Shown here: positions 36,945-45,513 of the stretch, in pieces
How the letters are laid out: each line of letters starts with the position of its first letter
Numbering within the stretch: the first letter of the stretch is position 1
Assembly (NCBI GenBank): GCA_031370005.1
Contig: JANMPT010000075.1
Coordinates: 1 to 64,000, forward strand
From: Bdellovibrionales bacterium
Lineage (GTDB): Bacteria > Bdellovibrionota > Bdellovibrionia > Bdellovibrionales > Bdellovibrionaceae
Direction: 5' to 3'
Length of the DNA: 64,000 nucleotides
Position numbers and translations under genes: made by a program
Notes under the pieces: model-generated
What the model saw: the letters and a program-made list of their open reading frames with translations, nothing else
What the model was told of the DNA's origin: nothing
Databases searched by the model: none

Positions 36945-38348
36945 TCATCTCATCAATCGGGTTGTTATGCCTGACGCCAAAATTGTAATCAGCGAGCCCG
37001 TCACAATCCACAAGGGTAAATTGTTAAAGTTACCATAGGCAAAAATGGGTAAGCCAATGCATATAGAAATCAGAATTCCCCAGAAGACACCAGCCTCAGG
37101 TAATTTCTTTCCAAGAATCGTAAATACTGTCGGAAGAAACGTCGCAGAGCGAATCGTGCCATAAAATAAAAACAAGTGAAGAATTTTAAGTCCTGGGATA
37201 TTGGCAACTATCAAGGCAAAACTTGCCAACAGAATCATGCTCAAACGCGAACTACGCAGGACCGCCCCCACCGGATGAACTTGAGTTCCGCGCAAACGAT
37301 TAAGGACATCATGACCACCGATGCTTGAGATAGAAGAAAGTTTAGAATCAAGAATGGAAATCAAACCCGACAACACCAAAAACATAAATGGTATGCTTGC
37401 CCAGAGCGGCAAGAAGTGCTGAAGTGTTTCTAGATTCACCATCGGAACTTCATGAATATCTAGTTTTGCGCCGACGGCTATGAAGCCAAGAACCGACATC
37501 GACAGCGGAACCAGAGCAAAAAGAAATGCGGACAATAAAAATGCCTTTTTAACATTCTTTTCCTGAACTGCAAAAGCTCTTTGCCAAAAAGACTGGTCGC
37601 CAAAAGGTCCAGAAATAAGACCGATGGTTATGGGTAATCCAAAACTTAGAAAAATTTTCCAGCTCTCAGCTGAAAAGAAATCAAGAGTTCCCACCTTGCC
37701 CGGAAGCCCCGCCAAAAAGACAACCGCACCGCCAGAGGACTCAAAGACCCATGGGATCAACCATAAACTCATGGAGTAAATAAAAATCATTTTTGCATAG
37801 TCGGTGACCACAGACGACTTCAAACCAAAAAATAGCGAATAACTTAAAGGAACTGATGTCAAAATCACTGTGCACCAAAAAAATGGAATCCCAGTGATTT
37901 TTTGCATGAACTGACCACCGGCCAGGAGTTGTACGGCAAAGGCGCAAACAGTTAGGCCAACCAGCGTAAACCAATATAGTCCTTGCACTCTGAAAGAGTA
38001 GCGGCTGCGAATGTAGTCGGAAAGAGTAAAGCCTTCGGGAACTTGCTTACGAATTTTTTCTGCGAAGAACGCAAACAAAACTAGGCAAAGAACATTGGGA
38101 ACAAGAAACCACCCAAAGCCAATCAAGCCATCAGTATAGGCTTTCTGCGCGCTTATAAACAAGGAGGGTGCCCAAATCCAAGAAGCGGCTATGGAGAATG
38201 CCGCCTCCCAAAGTCCCAAGTTTCTGTTAGCAACTAAAAATCCAGTTTTACTCGAGTTGAGCTTACGAGAAAAAGACCAGGCTAGGGCCAATGAAATCAA
38301 GGTAAAAACAAACAGAAACAACAAAAGTGCCCATGAGCCAGTTGTCAT
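36945..38348 (-). CDS. Sodium:solute symporter (SSS) family transporter
   Basis: FLVANR....AFSIAASW, GLKSSVVTD, DQSFWQR; about 13 TM segments; starts 1 nt after the nrdD stop. Confidence 0.85.
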   Translation of the reverse strand: MTTGSWALLLFLFVFTLISLALAWSFSRKLNSSKTGFLVANRNLGLWEAAFSIAASWIWAPSLFISAQKAYTDGLIGFGWFLVPNVLCLVLFAFFAEKIRKQVPEGFTLSDYIRSRYSFRVQGLYWFTLVGLTVCAFAVQLLAGGQFMQKITGIPFFWCTVILTSVPLSYSLFFGLKSSVVTDYAKMIFIYSMSLWLIPWVFESSGGAVVFLAGLPGKVGTLDFFSAESWKIFLSFGLPITIGLISGPFGDQSFWQRAFAVQEKNVKKAFLLSAFLFALVPLSMSVLGFIAVGAKLDIHEVPMVNLETLQHFLPLWASIPFMFLVLSGLISILDSKLSSISSIGGHDVLNRLRGTQVHPVGAVLRSSRLSMILLASFALIVANIPGLKILHLFLFYGTIRSATFLPTVFTILGKKLPEAGVFWGILISICIGLPIFAYGNFNNLPLWIVTGSLITILASGITTRLMR

Positions 38349-38349
38349 T

Positions 38350-40212
38350 TTAAGTCATCCTTTCAGAAACTTCCAGATTAGAAATTGATTTTGCACGCGG
38401 AGTCGCTCTCAGTGTCTGTTTATTTTCTCCCGCACTCTGTTCATGGTAAAATCTCCGAACCGCTTCCACTTGACGACCAGAACTAAAAGAAGAAATCCTT
38501 TTCAGATAACCAATAACTCTCGTTGCATGGTCTACGTTTTCACTCATGCAACGTGAACACCGTTTAAGAGTTCTTTTATCAATATGATCACATTCATTGC
38601 AAATGGTGATTTTGACATTCACACACCAGTAGTTGCATCCCGCCTTGGCACCCGCACAAAGAAGCTTATAATAGGCTTCCTTGGTGAGTCTTTCCTCAAG
38701 ATTGAGGTGCAAGGCCGAGCCTCCGTCCAGATATTGCATCATTTCCTGCCCGTGCATTTGAATCTTATCAATTGGAGTCACACTATCATCTTCAACTACA
38801 TAAAAATACGAGTTATAACAATCACGAGGGACAAAAAGACCATCTTTACGATCCCAACTCGCGTTTTTTATGCCTAAATTTTCAGCTGGCACGAACTCAG
38901 TATTAAACATATAGCCAAATTGTTTTTTAGCCTGCCTATTGGCATCATAGATGATTTTTAATTTTTCACGAACAAATTGTTTGTAGTCTTTTTCATTGCG
39001 AACTAAAAGACCTTGGGATTCGGCGGCCTCTACCATTCCATTGATTCCAATGGTTAAGAACTGTTTGTCTAGACTTATAAAGCCCCCTGAATAAGCCGTC
39101 AATAAACCCACTTGAAAGTACTCCTCCATCAAGCGTCGATAAGCAACTTGGTACTTTTGCACCTTTTCAACACAGTCCTGGAGATCAATTTTCTTTTGCG
39201 TGAGACGATTCACGTTGATCGTGATTACATTGACGGATCCGGTAGCAACACCGCCCGCCCCTAAGGAATAGCTAAAAGTCTTGTCAGAAATTTCATTGCG
39301 AAGACGACAGCAGCTTGCTAAGCTGTCAGCAGATTCGCTCATATACATAAAAAAACTATTCCCTTCGCTAAGCTCCTGAGCACACATCGATGCAAAATCA
39401 GCGTCTCTTGGTTTTTGAGAATCCACAAGCATCGCTGCGGTCACAACTGGAAAGGTCAAAAGAGCTTTTTTTCTCTCCTGATTAAACCAAGTCATAAAAT
39501 GATTTTGTAACTTCGAAACATTGTTCCAATCTGGAGTTCCTCCATCGGGAAATACAAAATCCCCAAACAAGGAATTGAAGTAGTATTGATCATAGACTGA
39601 GATATTCCAAAAAACGGATTGATAACCTCTAGCTGCCGCAGGTTGATTTAAGGCATAGACGACATGTTGAAGATGATTATCAATAATCCGGGTATGAGTC
39701 TTTAAATACTCAACTCCATAGTCTTTGCGCGCAAAATAATCGAAGTACATCAGCCATTCAACGGTTGCAACGGCTCCAGCAAATTGTGATGAGACAGCAA
39801 AAATTAGATTAACAAAGGTCCCGCAAAAGCTCTCTAAGTGTTTAGGCGCTTCCGATTCGCCGCCAAGTTTTTTCAAACCATCAATCAGTAAAGGATACAT
39901 GGAAATCGACGCGCAATAGGGCTTCAAAGATGTTTCATCATGAACATAAATTTCATGTTCTTGGATTTGTCTAATATATTCGAGAGCCAGTTCCTTATCG
40001 AAAATTTCTGAAATTTTATTAGCTACCAACTGACGGTTCACTTGAATATTGATATCTTTATTGATTTCCGCCTCTAAAGTCGCAATGTTCTTATGGGTAA
40101 CGTTAGCATTGGCATCTAATTTCGAACCATCTGCAGCATTCTTTGCGTACATATAATTTTCTATAAAGTTAATTTTCTGCTGGATTTGCTCTTCATTGAG
40201 ACGTGTAAACAT
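38350..40212 (-). CDS. nrdD: Anaerobic (class III) ribonucleoside-triphosphate reductase, ATP-cone-less, SCCRL type
   Basis: IYVHD, LTFPV, SCCRL finger loop, PAE, CNEC/CSRC Zn site, glycyl-radical TRVIGYL; start at MFTRL after AAAGGAG. Confidence 0.95.
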   Translation of the reverse strand: MFTRLNEEQIQQKINFIENYMYAKNAADGSKLDANANVTHKNIATLEAEINKDINIQVNRQLVANKISEIFDKELALEYIRQIQEHEIYVHDETSLKPYCASISMYPLLIDGLKKLGGESEAPKHLESFCGTFVNLIFAVSSQFAGAVATVEWLMYFDYFARKDYGVEYLKTHTRIIDNHLQHVVYALNQPAAARGYQSVFWNISVYDQYYFNSLFGDFVFPDGGTPDWNNVSKLQNHFMTWFNQERKKALLTFPVVTAAMLVDSQKPRDADFASMCAQELSEGNSFFMYMSESADSLASCCRLRNEISDKTFSYSLGAGGVATGSVNVITINVNRLTQKKIDLQDCVEKVQKYQVAYRRLMEEYFQVGLLTAYSGGFISLDKQFLTIGINGMVEAAESQGLLVRNEKDYKQFVREKLKIIYDANRQAKKQFGYMFNTEFVPAENLGIKNASWDRKDGLFVPRDCYNSYFYVVEDDSVTPIDKIQMHGQEMMQYLDGGSALHLNLEERLTKEAYYKLLCAGAKAGCNYWCVNVKITICNECDHIDKRTLKRCSRCMSENVDHATRVIGYLKRISSFSSGRQVEAVRRFYHEQSAGENKQTLRATPRAKSISNLEVSERMT

Positions 40213-40229
40213 AGAAACTCCTTTTTCTG

Positions 40230-40682
40230 TCATGGTGTGTGTTGAAATAAATGATTTAGAATTTTTTTTTGTTTTAAATCCCAAAAAACCTGATTCGTCG
40301 CTGGTGAGCTCAAGCCGCCTAGCTTCTGCATCCAAGGCCCGAGCTTTACAAAATCCAAATTATTTTCTAATTCTTTAGGTATCGCCTCTAAACCTGTATA
40401 AAGCGCTGTTTTAAATTTTTGTTCTTGTGCGATTTTAAGAAAATCGTTGAGCTGATGAAGATGCCATTCCCCCCCCATAAAAAGAATACAGCTGACGTAA
40501 GCTTTATATCGTCCCAATAAATAGTCATATAAATCAGAGGTAAGAGGATCGCCGTTTTTTTCTGTCCATAATTCGGCTGAATGACAAAATTTGCAACGCA
40601 ATGGGCATCCACAGACATAAAACGCCAGACTGATTTCATCCGGTACTTCTTGAAAAAGAATGTCATGCTTATAAATGTTCAT
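40230..40682 (-). CDS. nrdG: Anaerobic RNR activating protein (radical SAM)
   Basis: FQEVPDEISL, GCPLRCKFCHS, GGEW, KLGPW, TNQ. Confidence 0.93.
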   Translation of the reverse strand: MNIYKHDILFQEVPDEISLAFYVCGCPLRCKFCHSAELWTEKNGDPLTSDLYDYLLGRYKAYVSCILFMGGEWHLHQLNDFLKIAQEQKFKTALYTGLEAIPKELENNLDFVKLGPWMQKLGGLSSPATNQVFWDLKQKKILNHLFQHTP

Positions 40683-40729
40683 AATGACCACATCCTGTGA
40701 TCATAAGGTTAACAAGGGGTTTTCTTAAA

Positions 40730-40777
40730 TCACTAGGGATTGTGTCTTTTGTTGATCCAAAACACTATATACCCAGT
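40730..40777. promoter_or_regulatory. Tandem NrdR boxes upstream of nrdG-nrdD
   Basis: TCACTAGGGATTGTGT (40730) and ACACTATATACCCAGT (40762), each about 12/16 to acaCwAtATaTwGtgt, 32 bp apart; the second overlaps the -10 TATAGT. Confidence 0.6.
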
Positions 40778-40786
40778 CGGTAAGCT

Positions 40787-40812
40787 CAAACATTGATCGG
40801 GATCAATGTTTG
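40787..40812. promoter_or_regulatory. Consensus FNR box within a 12-bp-arm palindrome, between nrdG and the MCP gene
   Basis: CAAACATTGATC-GG-GATCAATGTTTG containing TTGAT-cggg-ATCAA; minus-strand -10 TATAGT at 40769-40764 (box about -42.5). Confidence 0.8.
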
Positions 40813-40901
40813 CCCCAGATCAGACCAGCTCGCTATTGAGCATCTTTAAACTTGATCCGATAAGACCTCAATATTTACCTAATTTTCGTAAGGAAGTACT
40901 G

Positions 40902-42671
40902 ATGACAATTAGTCTACGACTCAAAATAATAGGTCTTGTTTCTGCCCCACTCTTAATTTCTCTTTTTTACGGCGGACTGTCGTTGCAGTCAAAATGGAGT
41001 CTTTCCAAAGAAGCCCGCCGAGTAGTTGAGGGTGCAAAACTTCTGGAGTTCAACTCCGAACTCATCCACGAAACTCAACTTGAAAGAGCCAAAACCGCTC
41101 TTTTTTTAAATGACAAACTTGATTTAAATGAGCTCAACCTCCATCGAGAAATCGTCGGAAAAAAAATGACCGCCGTCACAGATCAATTCGCCCTAGCTGA
41201 GCTGCCCCCAGCTGCTACAACAACTCTTGAGGGTATCCGCAACAGCTTAAGGGACTTCCGAGCCTCCGTCGATAAAAGGGCCATCGCCCCCACAGAGGCT
41301 GCAAAACAAATCACTCAAATCATCGGGCAAATGATAAGCCTTGATGTGTTTATCTCCTCCACCAACTCAATTGAGGGAACCAACATGGCCCTGCTCAGCC
41401 TGACAATGCTGGAGCTTGGCAAAGAATATGGAGGTAGGTTTAGAGTCAACCTTTTAAATGTTCTTTCCGCCAACAAGCCTTTAAGCTCTCTTCAGCTTTC
41501 AATGCTTGAGAGTTTAAAAACCGGCCTCATCGTAAATATGGACTCTCCTGTTTTGATGATCAGCAGCGAGGGTCGGCAAAAATTAAACAGCTTCAAAGAA
41601 TCTAACGACTGGGAAAAGGTCAACTCGATTTACAATCACGTCTTAGAAAAATCTTCAGAGGGAAACTTCAACCAGGACCCAAAAGAATTTTTCAGTGCTA
41701 TGACCGCTGCCTTAAACAGCATTGGTGAGATCATCAAATTTGAAATCAGCAAAGACCGGGCGCGAATTGAAGCCCTTCATGAGAAGACTCTTCACTCGTT
41801 TACTGTAAACCTGATTATTATCTCGATATTGGATCTTGTTTTGATCGCACTTACAAGCATCATGGTCCGCGCTATCTCCTCAGCGCTCAACAGCACCGTC
41901 AAAAGTCTCTCCCAGGCATCAGAGTCTATCTCCTTAAATAGCTCTCAGGTCGCAAAGGCCAGCAATCAAGTCGCGACCGGGGCCGTTGAGTCCGCCAGCG
42001 CCCTGGAGGAAGTGGTTGCCTCTATCGAAGAACTCAACAGCATTGTTGCTCAAAACACCCTGCGCGCAAAACAGGCTGCCGAATTCTCCGGCCAAGGATA
42101 TTCTATGGTTGATTCAGGTAAAAAAGAAATGGATCTATTGATTCAAGCCATGGCTGGAATATCCGAAAGCTCTAAAAAAATTGAAGAGATCATCAATGTC
42201 ATTGACGACATTGCTTTTCAAACAAACTTACTGGCACTCAATGCCGCCGTTGAAGCCGCCCGCGCGGGAGAACAAGGTAAAGGTTTTGCGGTGGTCGCTG
42301 AGGCCGTACGATCTCTGGCCCAACGAAGTGCGGTGGCGGCCAAAGACATCTCCTCTTTGATTAAAGAGAGCTCCAACAAAATTCAAGAAGGAGTTCAAAA
42401 AGTCACAGTCACCAGCTCCTCGCTTTTAAAAACTGTCGATACTATCAGTAAGATATCCAGTCTTAATTCTGAAATCTCGAATTCCAGTGAAGAACAAGTT
42501 CAAGGAATCAATCAGATTAGCACAGCAATCAACAAACTCGATACCTCGACCCAACAAAATGCCTCAGCAGCTGAGGAAGTCTCAGCTTCCTCAGATCAAA
42601 TGAACCAACAAATCAGCACTATCGGAGAGTTGGTCATTCTTCTTTCGAATCTTGTTGAAGGAGAACTTTGA
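40902..42671 (+). CDS. Methyl-accepting chemotaxis protein with a NIT-like periplasmic sensor domain
   Basis: Two TMs; [16 protein letters not shown] and KEYGGRFR resemble NIT motifs; [30 protein letters not shown] signalling domain; start at MTISL after AAGGA. Confidence 0.9.
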   Translation: MTISLRLKIIGLVSAPLLISLFYGGLSLQSKWSLSKEARRVVEGAKLLEFNSELIHETQLERAKTALFLNDKLDLNELNLHREIVGKKMTAVTDQFALAELPPAATTTLEGIRNSLRDFRASVDKRAIAPTEAAKQITQIIGQMISLDVFISSTNSIEGTNMALLSLTMLELGKEYGGRFRVNLLNVLSANKPLSSLQLSMLESLKTGLIVNMDSPVLMISSEGRQKLNSFKESNDWEKVNSIYNHVLEKSSEGNFNQDPKEFFSAMTAALNSIGEIIKFEISKDRARIEALHEKTLHSFTVNLIIISILDLVLIALTSIMVRAISSALNSTVKSLSQASESISLNSSQVAKASNQVATGAVESASALEEVVASIEELNSIVAQNTLRAKQAAEFSGQGYSMVDSGKKEMDLLIQAMAGISESSKKIEEIINVIDDIAFQTNLLALNAAVEAARAGEQGKGFAVVAEAVRSLAQRSAVAAKDISSLIKESSNKIQEGVQKVTVTSSSLLKTVDTISKISSLNSEISNSSEEQVQGINQISTAINKLDTSTQQNASAAEEVSASSDQMNQQISTIGELVILLSNLVEGEL

Positions 42672-42774
42672 TTTTTTTTTCGAATTTAATGTTCTCGATC
42701 AACTATTAGACAAATCCTAATTGGTCCCCTCCGTCGATAGTGTATAGGCTGATGCTTAAAGTATAACGACAAGG

Positions 42775-44133
42775 ATGGACCTAATGAAAAAACAGTTTTT
42801 GGCAGTGGCAGCAATAAGCGCTTTGCTCGGATCCGCGATGGCAAACGCCTCTGTCACACTCTTAGATAAAGACAATTGGAAAGTTCAAATGAACGGTTTT
42901 GTGGAGGCCGACATGATCCACGACTCGACCCGAAGCTTTGGCGAGGTCGTCGGCAGCAACTTCGTTGACAGACCTGGCACTTATAAGGGCGATAATGGCA
43001 GAACTCAGTTTTCAAATCGCAACTCGCGCCTCGCCTTTACCTTGCTTCCACCGATCCAAAATGACTGGAAATCAAAAGGCGTTTTAGAATTTGACCTTTT
43101 TGGCTATGAACCCAATGTCGGCACCTCTAGCCCAAATATGAGCGAAACAAGCTTCTACCAAAGCCCGGCGATGCGTCTGCGTCTTGCTTATTTGACTAAC
43201 GAAAAAGATTCTTGGCAATTTACTGCCGGACAAGCCTGGAGTCTGTTTGGATGGCAACCAAGCTTTTTCCCAGCAACTCTCTCTGTGTTTCCTGAAGCTG
43301 GCGAAATTTGCCAAAGGACTTTACAGTTTTTAGCCATCAACACCATGGCAATCGGCGGCAGCAGTAAAATTCAAACGGCAGCTTCAATGGAAAGGCCTTC
43401 ACAAAGAGACTCTCAGGTTCCGAATTTCAATCTCGGAGTGAAATACAGCTTGGATTCACTGCGCGCAGGTTTTGTATCCGCTTACGGCGACGAGAAAACT
43501 GAGCCTTTGAGCGTCGGTCTGTCAGGCGCTTTCAAACAATTTACAACTCCCTCATCGACAACTGCGACGAACACGCAAAACCATTATAACTCTTCAGCTG
43601 TGGCCGTGGACGTACTGATTCCCATTATCCCCTCTGCAGATGGAAAAGACACGGGCAATACTTTAATATTTAGTGGGGAATTCACCTCAGGTACTGGTTA
43701 TGCGGATGCCTTGGCAAACTGGTCGGGAGGTTTGATAGGTTTTGCCTCGAACACCTCTGTGGGAAACGTCGGCGATAAGACAAATTTAGATGCTGGCCAC
43801 GCTGGTTTTGATGCAAATGCTAACTTTAACTTCGTGAAGTTACAAACCTGGAATGCCTCTTTTCAATACCACTTTTCAAGTGAGTCGAAACTCTATTCGA
43901 ATCTGGGTTATGCAGAGATTTTTTCCAGCAATGTCGGCGACCTGACTCAATCCGCGAGCGCAGCGTCAGCGGTTTATGACAAATCCTCCTCTTATTATAT
44001 CAACTTGATTAAAGACGTCACTAATCAGACCCGTCTGGGATTTGAATACAGCAACTTTGTCACCCATTACTTCTCTGATAAATCGACGGCCGCCAATGAC
44101 CGTTATCAGATCACAGCTTTGTTTAGATTCTAA
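42775..44133 (+). CDS. Outer-membrane beta-barrel channel (DcaP-like porin)
   Basis: Signal peptide; GF..AD...D, SRLAF, RLRLAY, GQAWSLF; C-terminal F. Confidence 0.75.
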   Translation: MDLMKKQFLAVAAISALLGSAMANASVTLLDKDNWKVQMNGFVEADMIHDSTRSFGEVVGSNFVDRPGTYKGDNGRTQFSNRNSRLAFTLLPPIQNDWKSKGVLEFDLFGYEPNVGTSSPNMSETSFYQSPAMRLRLAYLTNEKDSWQFTAGQAWSLFGWQPSFFPATLSVFPEAGEICQRTLQFLAINTMAIGGSSKIQTAASMERPSQRDSQVPNFNLGVKYSLDSLRAGFVSAYGDEKTEPLSVGLSGAFKQFTTPSSTTATNTQNHYNSSAVAVDVLIPIIPSADGKDTGNTLIFSGEFTSGTGYADALANWSGGLIGFASNTSVGNVGDKTNLDAGHAGFDANANFNFVKLQTWNASFQYHFSSESKLYSNLGYAEIFSSNVGDLTQSASAASAVYDKSSSYYINLIKDVTNQTRLGFEYSNFVTHYFSDKSTAANDRYQITALFRF

Positions 44134-44160
44134 CAGCAGTCGCCATCGGCGGAGCCAAAA

Positions 44161-44190
44161 TTGATAAGGATCAATATTGATCCTTATCAC
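44161..44190. promoter_or_regulatory. Tandem FNR-type boxes forming a perfect 28-bp palindrome upstream of the second Crp/Fnr gene
   Basis: TTGAT-aagg-ATCAA-ta-TTGAT-cctt-ATCAC; 44162-44189 TGATAAGGATCAATATTGATCCTTATCA is self-complementary. Confidence 0.8.
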
Positions 44191-44237
44191 CTTGTAAGGA
44201 AGCCTCAATTGTGTGAGCCTGAACGGGCGGAGGTACC

Positions 44238-44942
44238 ATGTCGTCCGACAAGCTCAAAAAAATTCAATCCCTCGATATTTTCCAAGACCTTAAACAAGAG
44301 GAACTTGCTGTTATTGATCGGTCCAGCGAGTACCTTCATTTAAAGAACAATGAACCACTTTTCCATGAAAATGATCCAATCAAAAATGTTTATATTATTG
44401 TTTATGGCTCGTTCAAAATACTCCGTAAAAGCAAACAAGACGATTCCGTTATTTTTAACTTTCTTGGCAGAAATGAAGTGCTTGGAATATCAATGGCGCG
44501 CTTGCCAAACCCCCAGTTCCGGGTATCCGCCATCGCCAACGAAGAGAGCTGCGTTTTAAAAATGAGTCTTCCTGATTTTAATAAATTATTTTTAAAAAAC
44601 CCATTGCTCGAGCCAAGGATTCAGCTGCAGCTTACGCAACGATTCTTAGATTTTCAAGAAGATCGCTGTTCAAGAAAATCCTTAGCCGCGCAAAGGCTTG
44701 CTGATTTCCTCCTACGCACTCTTGATCGCCAACCCCTATCCTGTCGCCAACAAATCATAATTCCACTCACTCGAAACGACATCGCCCGAAGAATTGGCTC
44801 GGAAAATGAAACCGTTGTTCGCTTGATGAGCCAATGGACTAAAAACGGATGGATAGAGACACACTCTAAACATGTGGAAATCTTAAACCGCCAGGCCCTT
44901 GAAGATTTAAAAGCCCCGCCGATGAAGGGCCAAAGCGCGTGA
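44238..44942 (+). CDS. Crp/Fnr-family transcriptional regulator
   Basis: cNMP domain; PLTRNDIARRIGSENETVVR HTH; GGAGG RBS. Confidence 0.9.
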   Translation: MSSDKLKKIQSLDIFQDLKQEELAVIDRSSEYLHLKNNEPLFHENDPIKNVYIIVYGSFKILRKSKQDDSVIFNFLGRNEVLGISMARLPNPQFRVSAIANEESCVLKMSLPDFNKLFLKNPLLEPRIQLQLTQRFLDFQEDRCSRKSLAAQRLADFLLRTLDRQPLSCRQQIIIPLTRNDIARRIGSENETVVRLMSQWTKNGWIETHSKHVEILNRQALEDLKAPPMKGQSA

Positions 44943-45478
44943 AGCTTCTTATAAAAACCCTCAAATCCGAACACGAAACAATTCTTGAAGAAATAAAATT
45001 CCTAGAGGATTCCAAGCTTGTAGATGAGGCGCGGCTCAGCAGCTTGTTTCATTTTGTCGAGTTCACTCACCACGAAAAAGAAGAAGCTATTTTATTTCCC
45101 TGGATGGCTAAGCAAAATTGGCTTAGGCAGGGTGGCCCGCTGTGTGGACACTTTATGAGTGTGCGTCTTGACTTGAATCCCCTTACGCGTATGCATCAGC
45201 ACTTAGAGGATTTTTATATAAAACATCTTTATTTGCCTTCTTATAATAAAAGTTTTTCCTGGTTAAACCCACAAAACCCAATGAGTATTCCGATGGAAGA
45301 ACATGAGATGGGGCATCTTCTGAGCCAGACTCTTCTATATTTAATTCAAACTCCACAGGAAGCTCCAAAAAAAGATTTTTTTAGAACTCTTCTTGAGGAC
45401 TATTTCTCGCTGCTGAGAATGCACATCCATAAAGAAGACAATTGTCTTTTTGTCCAATGTGAACAGGGCTGGTACTAG
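44939..45478 (+). CDS. Hemerythrin-domain (HHE) protein
   Basis: LKSEH..I, HHEKEEAILFP, MEEHE, HIHKEDNCLF. Confidence 0.85.
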   Translation: MKLLIKTLKSEHETILEEIKFLEDSKLVDEARLSSLFHFVEFTHHEKEEAILFPWMAKQNWLRQGGPLCGHFMSVRLDLNPLTRMHQHLEDFYIKHLYLPSYNKSFSWLNPQNPMSIPMEEHEMGHLLSQTLLYLIQTPQEAPKKDFFRTLLEDYFSLLRMHIHKEDNCLFVQCEQGWY

Positions 45479-45513
45479 ACTTTCTGGCTCATGCCAGTTG
45501 TCAGTTATTGGAT

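Noticed and set aside
42689..42702. Half-matching FNR box ATGTT-ctcg-ATCAA upstream of the porin
   Set aside because: Only 8/10 match and no -10 at the expected distance
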